The position numbers and the translations under genes were made by a program. A model generated the notes under the pieces. It made no database searches, was not told where the DNA came from, and was given only the letters and a program-made list of their open reading frames with translations. From positions 32,001 to 96,000 of the forward strand of contig CP067995.1 in assembly GCA_045159875.1 (NCBI GenBank): a stretch of 64,000 bases of DNA, written 5' to 3'. How positions within the stretch are numbered: position 1 is the first letter of the stretch; each line of letters begins with the position of its first letter. This document shows positions 1 through 11,336 of this stretch, in pieces. The stretch comes from a cyanobacterium endosymbiont of Rhopalodia gibba (lineage in GTDB: Bacteria > Cyanobacteriota > Cyanobacteriia > Cyanobacteriales > Microcystaceae).

Positions 1-269
1 TTCTAGAGAAAGAGCAGCAGGGAACTAAACTCAATTAGATTAATGATTCAGAGAATATTAACACAATCTCTGAATCATTAATCTAATCAGACAACTTTTC
101 TTGAGTGATAGGTCAGGTAGACAAGCGTAGAAATAAATTCCACTGTTTTATTGTTTCATCAGTCAGGGAGTACAAGAATGCTCTGGCTATACCCAACTTC
201 TCCGTCTCTCCTTCTCAAACCGAACTCAAGTTAACATGGATAGGTGGATTGAGGAAATTGAGGATAGTT

Positions 270-1004
270 ATGGAATGGTTAGAAAGAATTAGTCGAGTTG
301 TGCGATCACAGATTAATAGCTTAATAAAAGAAGAAGAGGATCCCGAAAAAGTTTTAGAGACAGCGATTGTCCAAATAGAACAGGAATTGATCGCCATGCG
401 ACGAGCATTAGCAGAAGCAATCGCCATTAACAAAAGTGCACAACGCCAGTTAGCTCACTACCAAAATGTGGCAGACAAATGGTATGAACGGGCAACAATG
501 GCTATTGAGAAAGGAAATGAACCCCTAGCAAGGGAAGCACTCATTAACCGCCAATCTTACCAAACACAGGCTCAAGAAATAGAAAATCAACTAGAACAAC
601 AAAACCAGGTAGTTGATAAGGTTAAGCAAGATTTACGAACTCTAGAACGGAAATATGTTGAAACTAAAGCAAAAAAAAGCATTAATGTAGCTAGACTGCG
701 ATCAGCGATAGCTTCCCAAAAATTACAAGAAATTGTTGGAAATCCAAACTCAGGCAGTTCTACCAGTATTTTTGAACAGATAGAATCGAGGATTCTGGAA
801 CTCGAAGCTGAGTCACAAATAACCCAAAGTCTGAGTACTGATCCCTTAGAAAAGCAATTCATGGCATTAGAAACGGATAAAATAATCGATACAGAAATTG
901 TCAACCTCAAATCCAAAAAACTGACCTCACGCCAGTCTAACCAATCATCAGCAGCATCTCCCTCAGAAATAGATGGAATTAATGCTAAGCTCGATCAATT
1001 CTAA
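270..1004 (+). CDS. pspA: PspA/IM30 family protein (PspA paralogue upstream of vipp1)
   Basis: MEWLERISRVVRSQINSLIKEEEDPEKVLE N-terminus, coiled coil, ALIEKGNEPLAREAL-type motif; start moved to ATG 270 (ORF track starts at 105) to match the PspA N-terminal helix. Confidence 0.85.
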   Translation: MEWLERISRVVRSQINSLIKEEEDPEKVLETAIVQIEQELIAMRRALAEAIAINKSAQRQLAHYQNVADKWYERATMAIEKGNEPLAREALINRQSYQTQAQEIENQLEQQNQVVDKVKQDLRTLERKYVETKAKKSINVARLRSAIASQKLQEIVGNPNSGSSTSIFEQIESRILELEAESQITQSLSTDPLEKQFMALETDKIIDTEIVNLKSKKLTSRQSNQSSAASPSEIDGINAKLDQF

Positions 1005-1208
1005 GACGTAATTTTTGAGAAACAGAGATAAATTTTGTTCAGGAGTATTTCAAAGTGGTTTTCTTTCTCCGACTCCCTCACTCTTCCTCCGTAACCATTC
1101 ATATGCCAAACTAGAAATGGACAAGCCATATTTCAGTGGCAGAAGAAAGCAATCTTAACTTTTAAATTTTACTTACCCTAGTACACGCACCGGAGGATAA
1201 ACAGCATC

Positions 1209-1976
1209 ATGGGATTATTCGATCGCCTAAGCCGAGTTGTCCGAGCCAACTTAAACGATCTCGTCAGCAAAGCAGAAGACCCGGAAAAAGTCTTAGAACA
1301 AACCATCAATGATATGGGAGAAGACCTGATACAAGTGCGCCAAGCTGTCGCCCATACTATTGCCGAACAAAAACGTACTGAGCAACGATATAATCAGGAT
1401 CTATCAGAAGCGAACAAATGGGAACAACGGGCCAAACTTGCCCTGTCTAAAGGGGATGAGAGTCTAGCTAGAGAAGCTCTAGTCCGTAAAAAAACTTATA
1501 CCGATACTTCCGTGAGTCTTAAACAACAGCTGGAACAACAAAATGCTCAAGTAAGTATCCTCAAGCGTAATTTAGTGGCTTTAGAAAGTAAAATTTCTGA
1601 AGCCAAAACTAAGAAAAATATGCTGATCGCTCGGTCTAAAGCTGCTAAAGCTAACGTAGAAATTCAACAAACTTTGAGTAGCGTTAATACTAGCGGTTCG
1701 ATGGCAGCCTTTGAGCGCATGGAATCCAAAGTATTGGATATGGAAGCTCGTTCCCAAGCCATTGGGGAGTTAGGCGATACTGGTATTGAAGAACAATTTG
1801 CTAAATTAGAGTCTGGAAGTGGTGTAGATGACGAATTAGCTATGCTCAAAGCTCAAATTAGTGGGATTCCTGAACCGCAAAAATTACCTGAAGCCTCTAA
1901 TACCAAATCATCTCGAAAAGATTCAGCGGTGGATGCAGAATTAGAAGACTTACGGAAACAATTGGATAATCTTTAA
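1209..1976 (+). CDS. vipp1: Vipp1/IM30 membrane remodelling protein
   Basis: MGLFDRLSRVVRANLNDLVSKAEDPEK, C-terminal extension ending VDAELEDLRKQLDNL typical of Vipp1; GGAGG RBS upstream. Confidence 0.92.
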   Translation: MGLFDRLSRVVRANLNDLVSKAEDPEKVLEQTINDMGEDLIQVRQAVAHTIAEQKRTEQRYNQDLSEANKWEQRAKLALSKGDESLAREALVRKKTYTDTSVSLKQQLEQQNAQVSILKRNLVALESKISEAKTKKNMLIARSKAAKANVEIQQTLSSVNTSGSMAAFERMESKVLDMEARSQAIGELGDTGIEEQFAKLESGSGVDDELAMLKAQISGIPEPQKLPEASNTKSSRKDSAVDAELEDLRKQLDNL

Positions 1977-2020
1977 AGGAGAAATTCAAAATACGTCACG
2001 AAAAACCTTATTTCAATTTT

Positions 2021-2046
2021 TAGGGACGTATATTTATTACGTCCCC
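2021..2046. repeat. Short palindrome, cyanobacterial REP-like / vipp1 3' hairpin
   Basis: TAGGGACGTA-TATTTAT-TACGTCCC inverted repeat just after vipp1 stop. Confidence 0.5.
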
Positions 2047-2176
2047 CTAAACTTGCTAAATTTAGCTTGTTCTATTTCCGGATTTATCTGAACGAAAAAT
2101 AAGCATAATAACTGGCCAACCTGTAACCTAGATAACTGGTAACTCAATTATTAGATGGCCAATTAAAAAAACAATT

Positions 2177-2506
2177 ATGAATAGTGTCCTCGAAATTACT
2201 GATACCAAATTTGAAGAAGAAGTTTTTTACGCTAAGCAACCTGTTCTAGTTTATTTTTGGGCTTCTTGGTGTGGTCCATGTCAATTAGTTTCTCCCTCTA
2301 TTAGTGCGATCGCCAAAACTTATAGTGATCGCCTAAAAGTGGTTAAATTAGAAGTTGATTCTAACCCTAAAGCAACTGCTGAGTGTAAAGTAGAAGGGGT
2401 TCCAGCTTTGAGACTCTATAAAGACAAAGAACTTTTAGCTTCCCATGAAGGGGCTATCACCAAACAAAAACTTATTGAGGAAATTTTAGATCCTCATTTA
2501 AGTTAG
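2177..2506 (+). CDS. Thioredoxin, x-type
   Basis: WCGPC active site; VLVYFWASWCGPC...CKVEGVPALRL pattern of cyanobacterial Trx-x. Confidence 0.88.
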   Translation: MNSVLEITDTKFEEEVFYAKQPVLVYFWASWCGPCQLVSPSISAIAKTYSDRLKVVKLEVDSNPKATAECKVEGVPALRLYKDKELLASHEGAITKQKLIEEILDPHLS

Positions 2507-2545
2507 ATAGTGAGCAGTTAATAATGAATAGTTAATGATTAACAA

Positions 2546-3625
2546 ATGTTTACTAAACTGTTTGAACAAGTCATTGAATAACTAAGGAATGTCTTTGCCA
2601 ATATGGATCAGGCGAAAGCCGAGGCAATATCGACAGGTAAAACTATCATAGATTTATTCTTGGGATCGTCTGATTTGCAAGCTCTAGATGCGGCAATTGC
2701 TGCTATCGAAAAATCTTTGCGCGACCCCACGACCCACAGCTACCTGTTGCGGCATGGAACAGGTCATTGGACTCTAACGCTCCTTAACCCTCAGAAAATA
2801 GCCTTATTGCCTAATCCTGGCTACCCTTTCTCCGCAGGGAGTGTCCATTTAACAGGGGGACAATTTTATACAATACCCTTGCCTTGTTGGCAAAAAACCA
2901 ATTTCTACCTACTTTAACAGATATTCTTACTTCTGTTTTAGCTAGAGCTCGTTTGATGGTGTTAAATTATCTCGATAATCCTACGACGGCAATGGCTTCT
3001 TTGTCCTTTTTTGAGAAAACAGTTAAATTTTGTCAGCAACATTATTTAGTTTTAGTTCATGATTTTCCTTACGCCGATATTGTGTTTGATGGGATAAAAT
3101 TACCACCTTCTATTTTAGAAGCAGATCCTAATAAATTTAGTTCAATTGAGTTTTTTACCTTTTCTAAGTCATCCAATATGGGTGGATTTCGAATTAGGTT
3201 TGCTATTGGTTTGCTATTGTCAATGCTGAACTTGTTGCAGCATTAAGAAAGATCAAAGCAATTATTGATATCAATACCGAGGAATTTTAAAAAGGGCAAT
3301 TGCCGCTCTAGAAGAACCTCAAGAAACCGTCAAACAAACTGTTGCTGAATTCCAAAAACGCCACGATGCTTTTATCAAAGCACTAAATAATATTAATTGG
3401 TTAGTTGAATCTCCTAAAGCAACCATGTATGTTTGGGCAAAATTACCAGAAGCATGGCAGAATAAATAAATTGAATTTTGTTAGCAGTTAGTATTAAAAA
3501 CGGGAGTTGCAGTTTCTCTGGGAGTAGGCTTTGGAAAACAGGGAGAAGGTTATGTTAAATTGGCTTTAGTTCATAATCGTGATGTGTTAGAAGTAGTAGT
3601 TGAGCAAATTGCTGAATTTTCAGGA
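2546..3625 (+). pseudogene. PLP-dependent class I/II aminotransferase (LL-DAP aminotransferase-like), fragmented
   Basis: Fragments NVFANMDQAKA, IIDLFLGSSDL, ALLPNPGYP, VLVHDFPYADIVF, EFFTFSKSSNMGGFR (PLP Lys), ATMYVWAKLP, GVGFGKQGEGYV split by frameshifts and stops. Confidence 0.85.
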
Positions 3626-3911
3626 AAGACTTTTCAAGATTTATCTGAAAATATCTATGAAATACTACAAATTCAAGTAAAATCTAGGTAATTCAATCTT
3701 AAGTTTGAAAAAGATAGATTCAATAGATTCAGTTGCTTTTTTTCAAAGATATTCCTCATGAATACTTTTGAGAAAAAGCAACTTACCACTACCTTTAACT
3801 TTTTTTTCAAGACTTCAGAGGCAGTAGCTTTTAGAAAAATTTTCAGATTCTAGATAACATAAGCGTAAGAACTGGCATTATAACTAAAAGCGAAGAGATA
3901 TCTTTTCATAA

Positions 3912-4262
<351 letters not shown>

Positions 4263-4324
4263 CTAAGATAGGGGATTACGGACCATCAGTCCTTCCCCAT
4301 CAGACAATGTGATGTTAGCGTTTT

Positions 4325-4867
4325 TTAACTTTGAAAATCGAGCTTTTCAATATCTTGGCGAATATCATTAAGATCAATATAGCGATCAGTAGCATTTCTC
4401 AATTCCCTAGCAATCATGCCCTCCGTAGAAACAACTGTAATATGAGTACTCTTAGAACGTAATAGTTCAATTGCTCGTTCAAAATCTCCATCACCACTAA
4501 AAAGAATCACTCGATCATATTGATCTACTGTATTAAACATATCAACTACAATTTCAATATCAAGATTCGCTTTTTGTGAATAACGACCGGATATATCATC
4601 ATAATATTCTTTAAGAATTTTGGTTCTGACTGTATATCCTAAACTTATTAAAGCGTCTCGAAATCCTCTTTGATCTTGAGAATCTTTTAAACCAGTGTAC
4701 CAAAAAGCATTTACTAAACTAACGATAGGATCTTTAGTAAAATATTCGAGAACTCTCCTCGGGTCAAAAAACCAGCTGTTTTTTTGTTGAGCATAAAACA
4801 TATTATTACCATCAATAAATATAGAAACACGCTCTTTCTGAAAAAGACAAATATTCGTAGCATCCAT
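4325..4867 (-). CDS. NYN domain protein, LabA/DUF88 family
   Basis: IFIDGNN, KANLDIEIVVDM, LFSGDGDF motifs. Confidence 0.85.
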   Translation of the reverse strand: MDATNICLFQKERVSIFIDGNNMFYAQQKNSWFFDPRRVLEYFTKDPIVSLVNAFWYTGLKDSQDQRGFRDALISLGYTVRTKILKEYYDDISGRYSQKANLDIEIVVDMFNTVDQYDRVILFSGDGDFERAIELLRSKSTHITVVSTEGMIARELRNATDRYIDLNDIRQDIEKLDFQS

Positions 4868-4951
4868 GAAATTAAAACCTAAGATTATTTAGAAATAAAA
4901 AATTTTTTTTAGCTTAATAGTCCAGTTAAGCAATTTTACTTAATTAAAATC

Positions 4952-5233
4952 TTACCTTAAAAGTTTCTCCCTTTGTTGTGATGGATATCTTAAATAGAAA
5001 GAAGAAGTCTTTAGGATACAAGTCAACGAGAAAAATGCTTCTTTAGAAGGATTTTCAGTTAAGTCTAGGTCTTTAACTATTGAGAGAACTTCAAAGACAT
5101 AATTGTCTAGAATTCTTCTTAAGCTACTAAATAAGAACACCAATTGCTCCATCATACTGGACATAATTATGCAGTAGTGACACCTACTAAAGCTGAAGGA
5201 AATTAATCTGCTTGTGTTCCTCTCGATAGCCAT
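4952..5233 (-). pseudogene. Decayed phycobilisome rod linker (CpcC-like) remnant
   Basis: AGGAG RBS then MAIERNTSRLISFSFS (cf. CpcC MAITTAASRLGTxxFS), RRILDNYVF (cf. RQVLGNDYIM), KEAFFS; far shorter than a linker and highly diverged. Confidence 0.5.
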
Positions 5234-5899
5234 TGTTATCTCCTGAATTTATAAAAATAACTACTGCTAAAAAAGGGCAGTAAAAACAAACTGTAGTTCT
5301 TCATAAGCAATCACTACATTTTTTTAGGTAAAGTGTCAATTTATGCTAATTATTAAGAATATACCTTCCCCATGAGTAGTGATAAGGGATAATAAATCTC
5401 AGTCTATATTAAAGTAATAAGCTTCTGGGATGTGACTTAAATCAAATTATTTTAATTGAAAATGATAATAGATAATAATAAGTTTTAGTATTAGTCAATT
5501 GGCTGACAAGCTATTCACCAGTCAAAATAGAAGGGGAAAAATATTTATATCTTTAATAATCATCAAAGTCAAGTTTAATTTAGATTAATCAGGAGATTTT
5601 TTTGCTATTCTAGAGTAACTACGATAAAATCATTAAAAATATAATTTAAATTATATTTCTAAAAACCATTGATACTAATTAATCAGATTAATCTAAAAAA
5701 GCCAGAATAGCTATCAACGATTATGGTAGTAAGATTCTCAAAATAGTAGAAATTTAAATATAGATTTAATCTGCTAATTTAGTATATTAAATACTTGTAG
5801 CAATACATTGAAATCTACCGATTTTAGACATTAAATTACGATTTAATAAATATACTATTTAATCCATGACTTAATCTTATTACTCAGGTGATTAATATC

Positions 5900-7015
5900 G
5901 ACGGTGCAAAAATGACTAGTTATTATTGTATAAGTCAGGATTTAATCTTGATATAACTCAAAAAGATCACTTGTATAAAGTCAGAAATATTTTTGGTATT
6001 TCTCTAAGTAAATTGTTACCAGTTTAAATGTACTCAATACCATAAAAGGACTAGATTTTGTTAAAAAGAGAAAATCCTATACAGATAAGACTAACTTTAA
6101 AAATTCCTCAATAAATTTTAGAAACTAACGAAAAAATGCCGCTTTTAAAAAAGATCAAAAAAATCAAAAAGTTAGGAATTTATGAAATAACTTATCTTAA
6201 AAGAGTAAAAAAAATACGCAGTAATTTTAGTTAATATAGATAGAAAATTCAAAATTAATAGCTTTTTTTAAAAAAAGAAAGAGGTAATAGTAAACTATTT
6301 CTACAGTCTGAGTTCATAGGTGTTGATCCAAATAGAATAGATGAGCATAGATAGTTCTACTAAACCTGTCAGATAAAATCATCGATATTAATGTCTTGAA
6401 AACCTGATTTAAAAATTGTTTAAGTTTCTAATAGTTTGCTTGTTATTAGAATCATTGCTCAATCAGCTCAATCAGACTATGTTAAGGTTTGGTAGATTTT
6501 TACTATCCTAAGTTTGGTAGAGTTGTATAGATTTGTCGATTTGCTATAAAGAGGGTTATCAAAGAAATACTTTCTCATGCCAAAATAGTAGTGTAAAGAC
6601 TAACAAAAGATATGCATAAAAACTTAAAGATAAAAGAAAAATAGATAAAAAACTAGCTGGCATAATCCATAGTAAATATCCCTTATTCAAGAAGAAAGAA
6701 AGCTAAGATAGAGTAAATTAAAAAAATGTCATCAGTCTTAGAGAATATCTATCAAATAAAAGAGGAGATAAGAAATATCTTTAAACCTCAAACAATAAGT
6801 GATGAGGCTCTCAATAAATTTCTAGAATGAATAGAAACTGCTTACAAATATTTTCCGAAAAGTTCTCAGATAATATGTAGATATATGAACATAATTGTAA
6901 CATTCAAACTTCCGAAGATTAGCAGGAGCGATCAATTAAAAAATCAAATTAATTAAAAGACAAGCTTGTAGCTTGACTAACTTTGACAATCTTAGAAAGA
7001 TAGTTTTATCAGACT
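5900..7015 (+). mobile_element. ISL3-family transposase fossil
   Basis: By-eye fragments QFKC, LDFVKKRKSYT, IKEEIRNIF, YFPKSSQII, KIKLIKRQACSLTNFDNLR (6940-6997; cf. KLIKRxAYGFxNFxNF); many stops. Confidence 0.7.
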
Positions 7016-7049
7016 AGTACTTTTTCTGCTGACTTATTACACTAAATCT

Positions 7050-7372
7050 AATAGCTCCCTAATGCTTTAATCTAATTCTCCTTGACTAGAAAATATTTCA
7101 AAAATCTAATCAATACTAGTTAGTTCAAATAAAATTTAAATTTGTTAGTTGATTGAACAGAGAAATATTTTTTGACTTGACATTTTTGCTCTCTTTGTCA
7201 ACATTATTAATGCTTCCAAACCTATACTTTCCATAAAAGTAACATTTGTAAAATCAATAACAATTATTATTGTCTCTATTTAAATCAAAGAAATAATTAC
7301 TTTACGAAAACTATCGATTTAGATCCGCTCTAAAATATCGGAAGGTTTAAAACGTCTAAATTCATAAGTCAT
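7050..7372 (-). pseudogene. STAS-domain anti-sigma factor antagonist pseudogene
   Basis: MTYEFRRFKPSDILE...VIDFTNVTFMESIGLEALIML...IFLCSIN*QI...ELTSID*IFEIF with several stops and a frameshift. Confidence 0.75.
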
Positions 7373-7467
7373 AGTTAATTTACTAACTTATTACTATTGA
7401 AAAAGTAATTTTAATATAGTTTTAGAAGCTTACGGACAGAGATATTAAATTCTATAACTCTACGGAT

Positions 7468-9396
7468 TTATAACCATTTAACTGGAAATCCTAAGGGCTG
7501 TTGGAAAGAAATTTCAAATTTTTCTAATAATTGGCGGAATTGTTCTCCTTCAATGGTCTCTTGGTCAATTAAAATGTCTACTAAGTGATCAATGGCAGTA
7601 CGATTCTCTTGAATTATCTTTTGAGCTTTATCATGGCAATGATCTACAATATATCGTACTTGATAGTCAATTTTATCTGCAATCTCCTGAGAATAATCAG
7701 ATTCATTGTGCTCATCATTTTCTAAAGCAACTAATCCTAACTCAGACATTCCGAAGCGAGTTACCATTTGTCGGGCCAAGTCAGTCACTTTTTCAATATC
7801 GTTCCCAGCTCCAGTTGTGACTTCATCCTCACCGAAAATTATTTCTTCAGCAGATCTACCCCCCAATAAAGCGGCAATTCTGGCCAACAATTGATTTCTG
7901 GTAGTTAGTCTATATTCTTCATCTGGAGTAAACCAAGTTAAACCTTTGACTTGTCCTCTGGGAATTAAAGTAACTTTTTCCACGGGATCGTGGCTACCAC
8001 ATAAAGTTCCTACGATCGCATGACCCACTTCATGATAGGCAATTAACCGTTTACTCTTACTATCGACTAAAGGAGTTCCTTCCATTCCAGCCACGACCCG
8101 ATCAATAGCATCGTTAATTTCTGTCATGGTAATGGCTTCTTTGCGTCGCCGTGCTGTAAAAATTGCCGCTTCGTTGAGGACATTGGCCAAATCTGCTCCT
8201 GTAAACCCTGGAGTCCGTCGGGCGATCGCTTCTAAGGAAACTTTTTCATTAACTTTTTTATCCCTGGCGTGAACTTCCAAAATGCCTTGACGACCTTTAA
8301 AATCAGGATAATCCACCATTAACTGTCGGTCAAAACGTCCAGGGCGTAACAATGCTTTATCGAGGACATGAGAACGGTTGGTCGCTGCAATTACAATAAT
8401 TCCCTGATTACCCTCAAAGCCATCCATTTCTGTTAATAATTGGTTAAGGGTTTGTTCCCTTTCATCATTTCCTCCTCCATAACCTACTCCTCGTTGACGA
8501 CCTACCGCATCAATTTCGTCAATAAAAATAAGACAAGGGGCGTTTTCTTTAGCTTTTTTAAATAAATCTCGTACCCGTGAAGCCCCGACACCGACAAACA
8601 TCTCTACAAATTCTGAGCCTGATATACTAAAGAAGGGAACAGCTGCTTCTCCTGCAATAGCTTTAGCGAGCAAAGTTTTGCCAGTTCCGGGAGGTCCGAC
8701 TAACAGTACCCCTTTAGGGATTTTTGCGCCTATTGCCGTAAATTTTTCAGGTTGTTTGAGGAAAGTCACTACTTCTTGTAATTCCTCTTTAGCTTCGTCA
8801 ATACCAGCTACCGCGTCAAAGGTAATTCCTGTTTTGGCTTCCATCTGGAAACGGGCGCGTGATTTTCCAAAGTTCATAGCTTGACCAGACATACTGGCTG
8901 AACGTCGTAGAATTACTAGAAAAATTGCAAATAATAAAAAAAGAACGATTAAATTGGTAACTAATCCGATTGCAGCTGAGTTATCGGCGGATGGACGAAT
9001 TGCAAATGGCACTTCGTTATCTCGAAGTTTAGCAATCAATTCAGTATTAAGATGATTTTTAAATATGGGAATTTCTTGATGTTGCCCTTTCTTATCTGGG
9101 TCTTTCAATGTCACTTTAGCTTTTTGTTGTTTGGGATCAATTTCCACGTTGGCGACTTGATCCGATTCAATTTTCTCAATTAATTCGGTGTAGCTGCCTT
9201 GATCAGCTTTAGTCTCTGTTTTCGTTTGTCCCCAACTGGGTGTGGCTATTAGTAATGATTGAATGAGCATCAAACTAGTAACAAACCGATCCCATACTTT
9301 TAAGGAGATTTTATGTTTCTTTGATTGTTTAGCCTTGGGGGCTACTGTATTTTTCTTTATCATAGTTTGTTGAGTTAGATTTTGCTCTGAGGTCAA
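7468..9396 (-). CDS. ftsH: ATP-dependent zinc metalloprotease FtsH (FtsH1-type)
   Basis: Walker A GPPGTGKT, Walker [23 protein letters not shown] zinc motif; GAGNDIEK segment resembles the FtsH1 subtype; start uncertain (TTG 9396 or ATG 9363). Confidence 0.95.
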   Translation of the reverse strand: MTSEQNLTQQTMIKKNTVAPKAKQSKKHKISLKVWDRFVTSLMLIQSLLIATPSWGQTKTETKADQGSYTELIEKIESDQVANVEIDPKQQKAKVTLKDPDKKGQHQEIPIFKNHLNTELIAKLRDNEVPFAIRPSADNSAAIGLVTNLIVLFLLFAIFLVILRRSASMSGQAMNFGKSRARFQMEAKTGITFDAVAGIDEAKEELQEVVTFLKQPEKFTAIGAKIPKGVLLVGPPGTGKTLLAKAIAGEAAVPFFSISGSEFVEMFVGVGASRVRDLFKKAKENAPCLIFIDEIDAVGRQRGVGYGGGNDEREQTLNQLLTEMDGFEGNQGIIVIAATNRSHVLDKALLRPGRFDRQLMVDYPDFKGRQGILEVHARDKKVNEKVSLEAIARRTPGFTGADLANVLNEAAIFTARRRKEAITMTEINDAIDRVVAGMEGTPLVDSKSKRLIAYHEVGHAIVGTLCGSHDPVEKVTLIPRGQVKGLTWFTPDEEYRLTTRNQLLARIAALLGGRSAEEIIFGEDEVTTGAGNDIEKVTDLARQMVTRFGMSELGLVALENDEHNESDYSQEIADKIDYQVRYIVDHCHDKAQKIIQENRTAIDHLVDILIDQETIEGEQFRQLLEKFEISFQQPLGFPVKWL

Positions 9397-9569
9397 CTTA
9401 AGAATAGTTGTCCATAACTAAGTTCAGCCAAGAAGTTATTTTATTTTTATTATGAACGATGAGATGATGTCAAAGAATTGACAAGAGACAACCGTTAAGG
9501 TACTGGGCTCGTTAACAGTCAGATGCCAGCTGTTATCCTCCATAATTTTTTCCTTCTTCCCCCTTAGGT

Positions 9570-11285
9570 TTAAGAGTCTCGTCGTTCCCGATTTTTTCCG
9601 TAGCGAGTTTCTTGTAGACTATTGCTAATTCCTTGAATAATTCCACGAACAATTAGTCCTAATCCTCTACCAATAACCTGAGTGAGTAGATAAACTAAAC
9701 CATTACCAATCAATCTGACCATAGAACGCAATACGGGAGCAAAGGCATCACGAGATTCTAGAATAATGGTAACTGCCCAACGAATTCCTTTAAGCTGTTT
9801 AAGTTCATGTTGTCGTGAGGCGTGAATAAAGGTGGCTTCAATTCCTTTTTTACTCCAGAATAATAGTCGGTATTTACTTTCAAAAATATTGCGCGGTTCT
9901 TCCCAAAATTGTTCTTGACGATAAGCCCAAGACAAGTTATTACGAAATTTAGCAATTTTTCTAGAAGAATCAATTTTGTCTAAATATAATTTTCGGCTTA
10001 TTACTTCGATATCTGAGAAATTATTTAAAATCAAAAACACAATCCCATTAGCTGTTTGAATAATAAAGTTTTCAAGAAAAATTTCAGCTTGATGGCAAAC
10101 TTCAGTGCTTTTAGCACAGGATGAAACATCCTCAATTATTAGTCCTTTATCAAAAAGTAAATATTTTAGCAATTCATCGAAATAATATATTTTTCTTAGA
10201 AATTCTCCTTGGACTAAACTGATATTATTGTCGATAATATTTTTAATTTCATCTAAAGTTATTAGAGGTTGTAATACACAATACTTCCCTAAAAAATTAA
10301 CTGCTGATTCCTGCCAAATTTTTTGGGTGATCATGGCGGTATCCTTCGGTAATTCTGAAGCATCTGCTGTAATAAACTCCAAGTCTTCTAAGCTTCTCCC
10401 CAACTGATGAATAACAATGGTCATTAACTCTTCTTTTTTATCAGCTTGGAGAATATCTATTTCTAGAGAAATTGATGTTAAATTATCGGAGTTGATCGCT
10501 AATTTTTCAAGGGTATTCTTGAAAATTGCTAGGTTATTGAGCGATTTTACCCCTAGGATGTTTGTTGAGGACTTAGCTGAGAATCCAGGAGTATCGTTCT
10601 GATTTTGAGAACCTCTTGAGGAAAGCTTTGATTGTGAGGTTGGTGCAGCCATAGCAACATCGATGGGAATTAATCTATTAATTAACCATTTTGCAGCTAA
10701 TAATTCTCGTCTTTTCCCTTTCAAAAATTCTTTGTCAACCCACGATAATTGGTTTTGGTCAAGCCGTAGATTAATTTGTGTAATGGTTTTATTAATTTGT
10801 TTTAATCCTAATTGTTTACCCTGTAAAAGCCATGTCTGAGGAGATTTAGGTTGTTCCAGAGTTACATTAGACGAGGGGACAGCTAGGGTCGGCCAAGCTG
10901 TCTGACCTTGAGCTATTTTCTGCAGTTGTTCGATCAAACGTTCTATCGTTATCCCTTTTGGACAATAACCCTCAACACCAGCTTGTTTAGCCGTTTGTAG
11001 TGACAATGGGTCAGTCAAATGACTTAACAAACATATTTTAAGAGTGCGATAGGTTTGTTTAATCTCTTCGAGAAACCTCCACCCCTCTGAGACGTTATTG
11101 GGGGTATCAGGATCTAAGATGATTAGATCTACTGACTGTTTTATTAGGGTTTCTCGGATAGGTTGAGAGAAATCGGTTTGAACGACAACACGGAAATCGG
11201 AATAGTTCCTTAAGACATTAGAGAGTCCTAAGCGAAAAATAGCATCATTATCAATTAGTAGTAGATTAATCGGGCGATCGCTCAC
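9570..11285 (-). CDS. Receiver-domain + DUF3685 (Ycf55-like) protein
   Basis: N-terminal LLLIDND receiver-like domain; C-terminal FRNNLSW...EPRNIFES...LVYLLTQVIGRGLGLIVRGI typical of DUF3685. Confidence 0.8.
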   Translation of the reverse strand: MSDRPINLLLIDNDAIFRLGLSNVLRNYSDFRVVVQTDFSQPIRETLIKQSVDLIILDPDTPNNVSEGWRFLEEIKQTYRTLKICLLSHLTDPLSLQTAKQAGVEGYCPKGITIERLIEQLQKIAQGQTAWPTLAVPSSNVTLEQPKSPQTWLLQGKQLGLKQINKTITQINLRLDQNQLSWVDKEFLKGKRRELLAAKWLINRLIPIDVAMAAPTSQSKLSSRGSQNQNDTPGFSAKSSTNILGVKSLNNLAIFKNTLEKLAINSDNLTSISLEIDILQADKKEELMTIVIHQLGRSLEDLEFITADASELPKDTAMITQKIWQESAVNFLGKYCVLQPLITLDEIKNIIDNNISLVQGEFLRKIYYFDELLKYLLFDKGLIIEDVSSCAKSTEVCHQAEIFLENFIIQTANGIVFLILNNFSDIEVISRKLYLDKIDSSRKIAKFRNNLSWAYRQEQFWEEPRNIFESKYRLLFWSKKGIEATFIHASRQHELKQLKGIRWAVTIILESRDAFAPVLRSMVRLIGNGLVYLLTQVIGRGLGLIVRGIIQGISNSLQETRYGKNRERRDS

Positions 11286-11336
11286 GATGCTTAAGAAAAA
11301 ATGATAACACTATCTCTAGTTTAATCCAGGTTTGTC

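Noticed and set aside
105..269. N-terminal extension of PspA in the ORF track
   Set aside because: Homology begins at ATG 270, which has an RBS-like GAGGA upstream; extension is likely an ORF-calling artefact.
1065..1092. Yfr1-like sRNA motif
   Set aside because: Lacks the exact ACTCCTCACAC core and flanking terminator; just a pyrimidine-rich tract.
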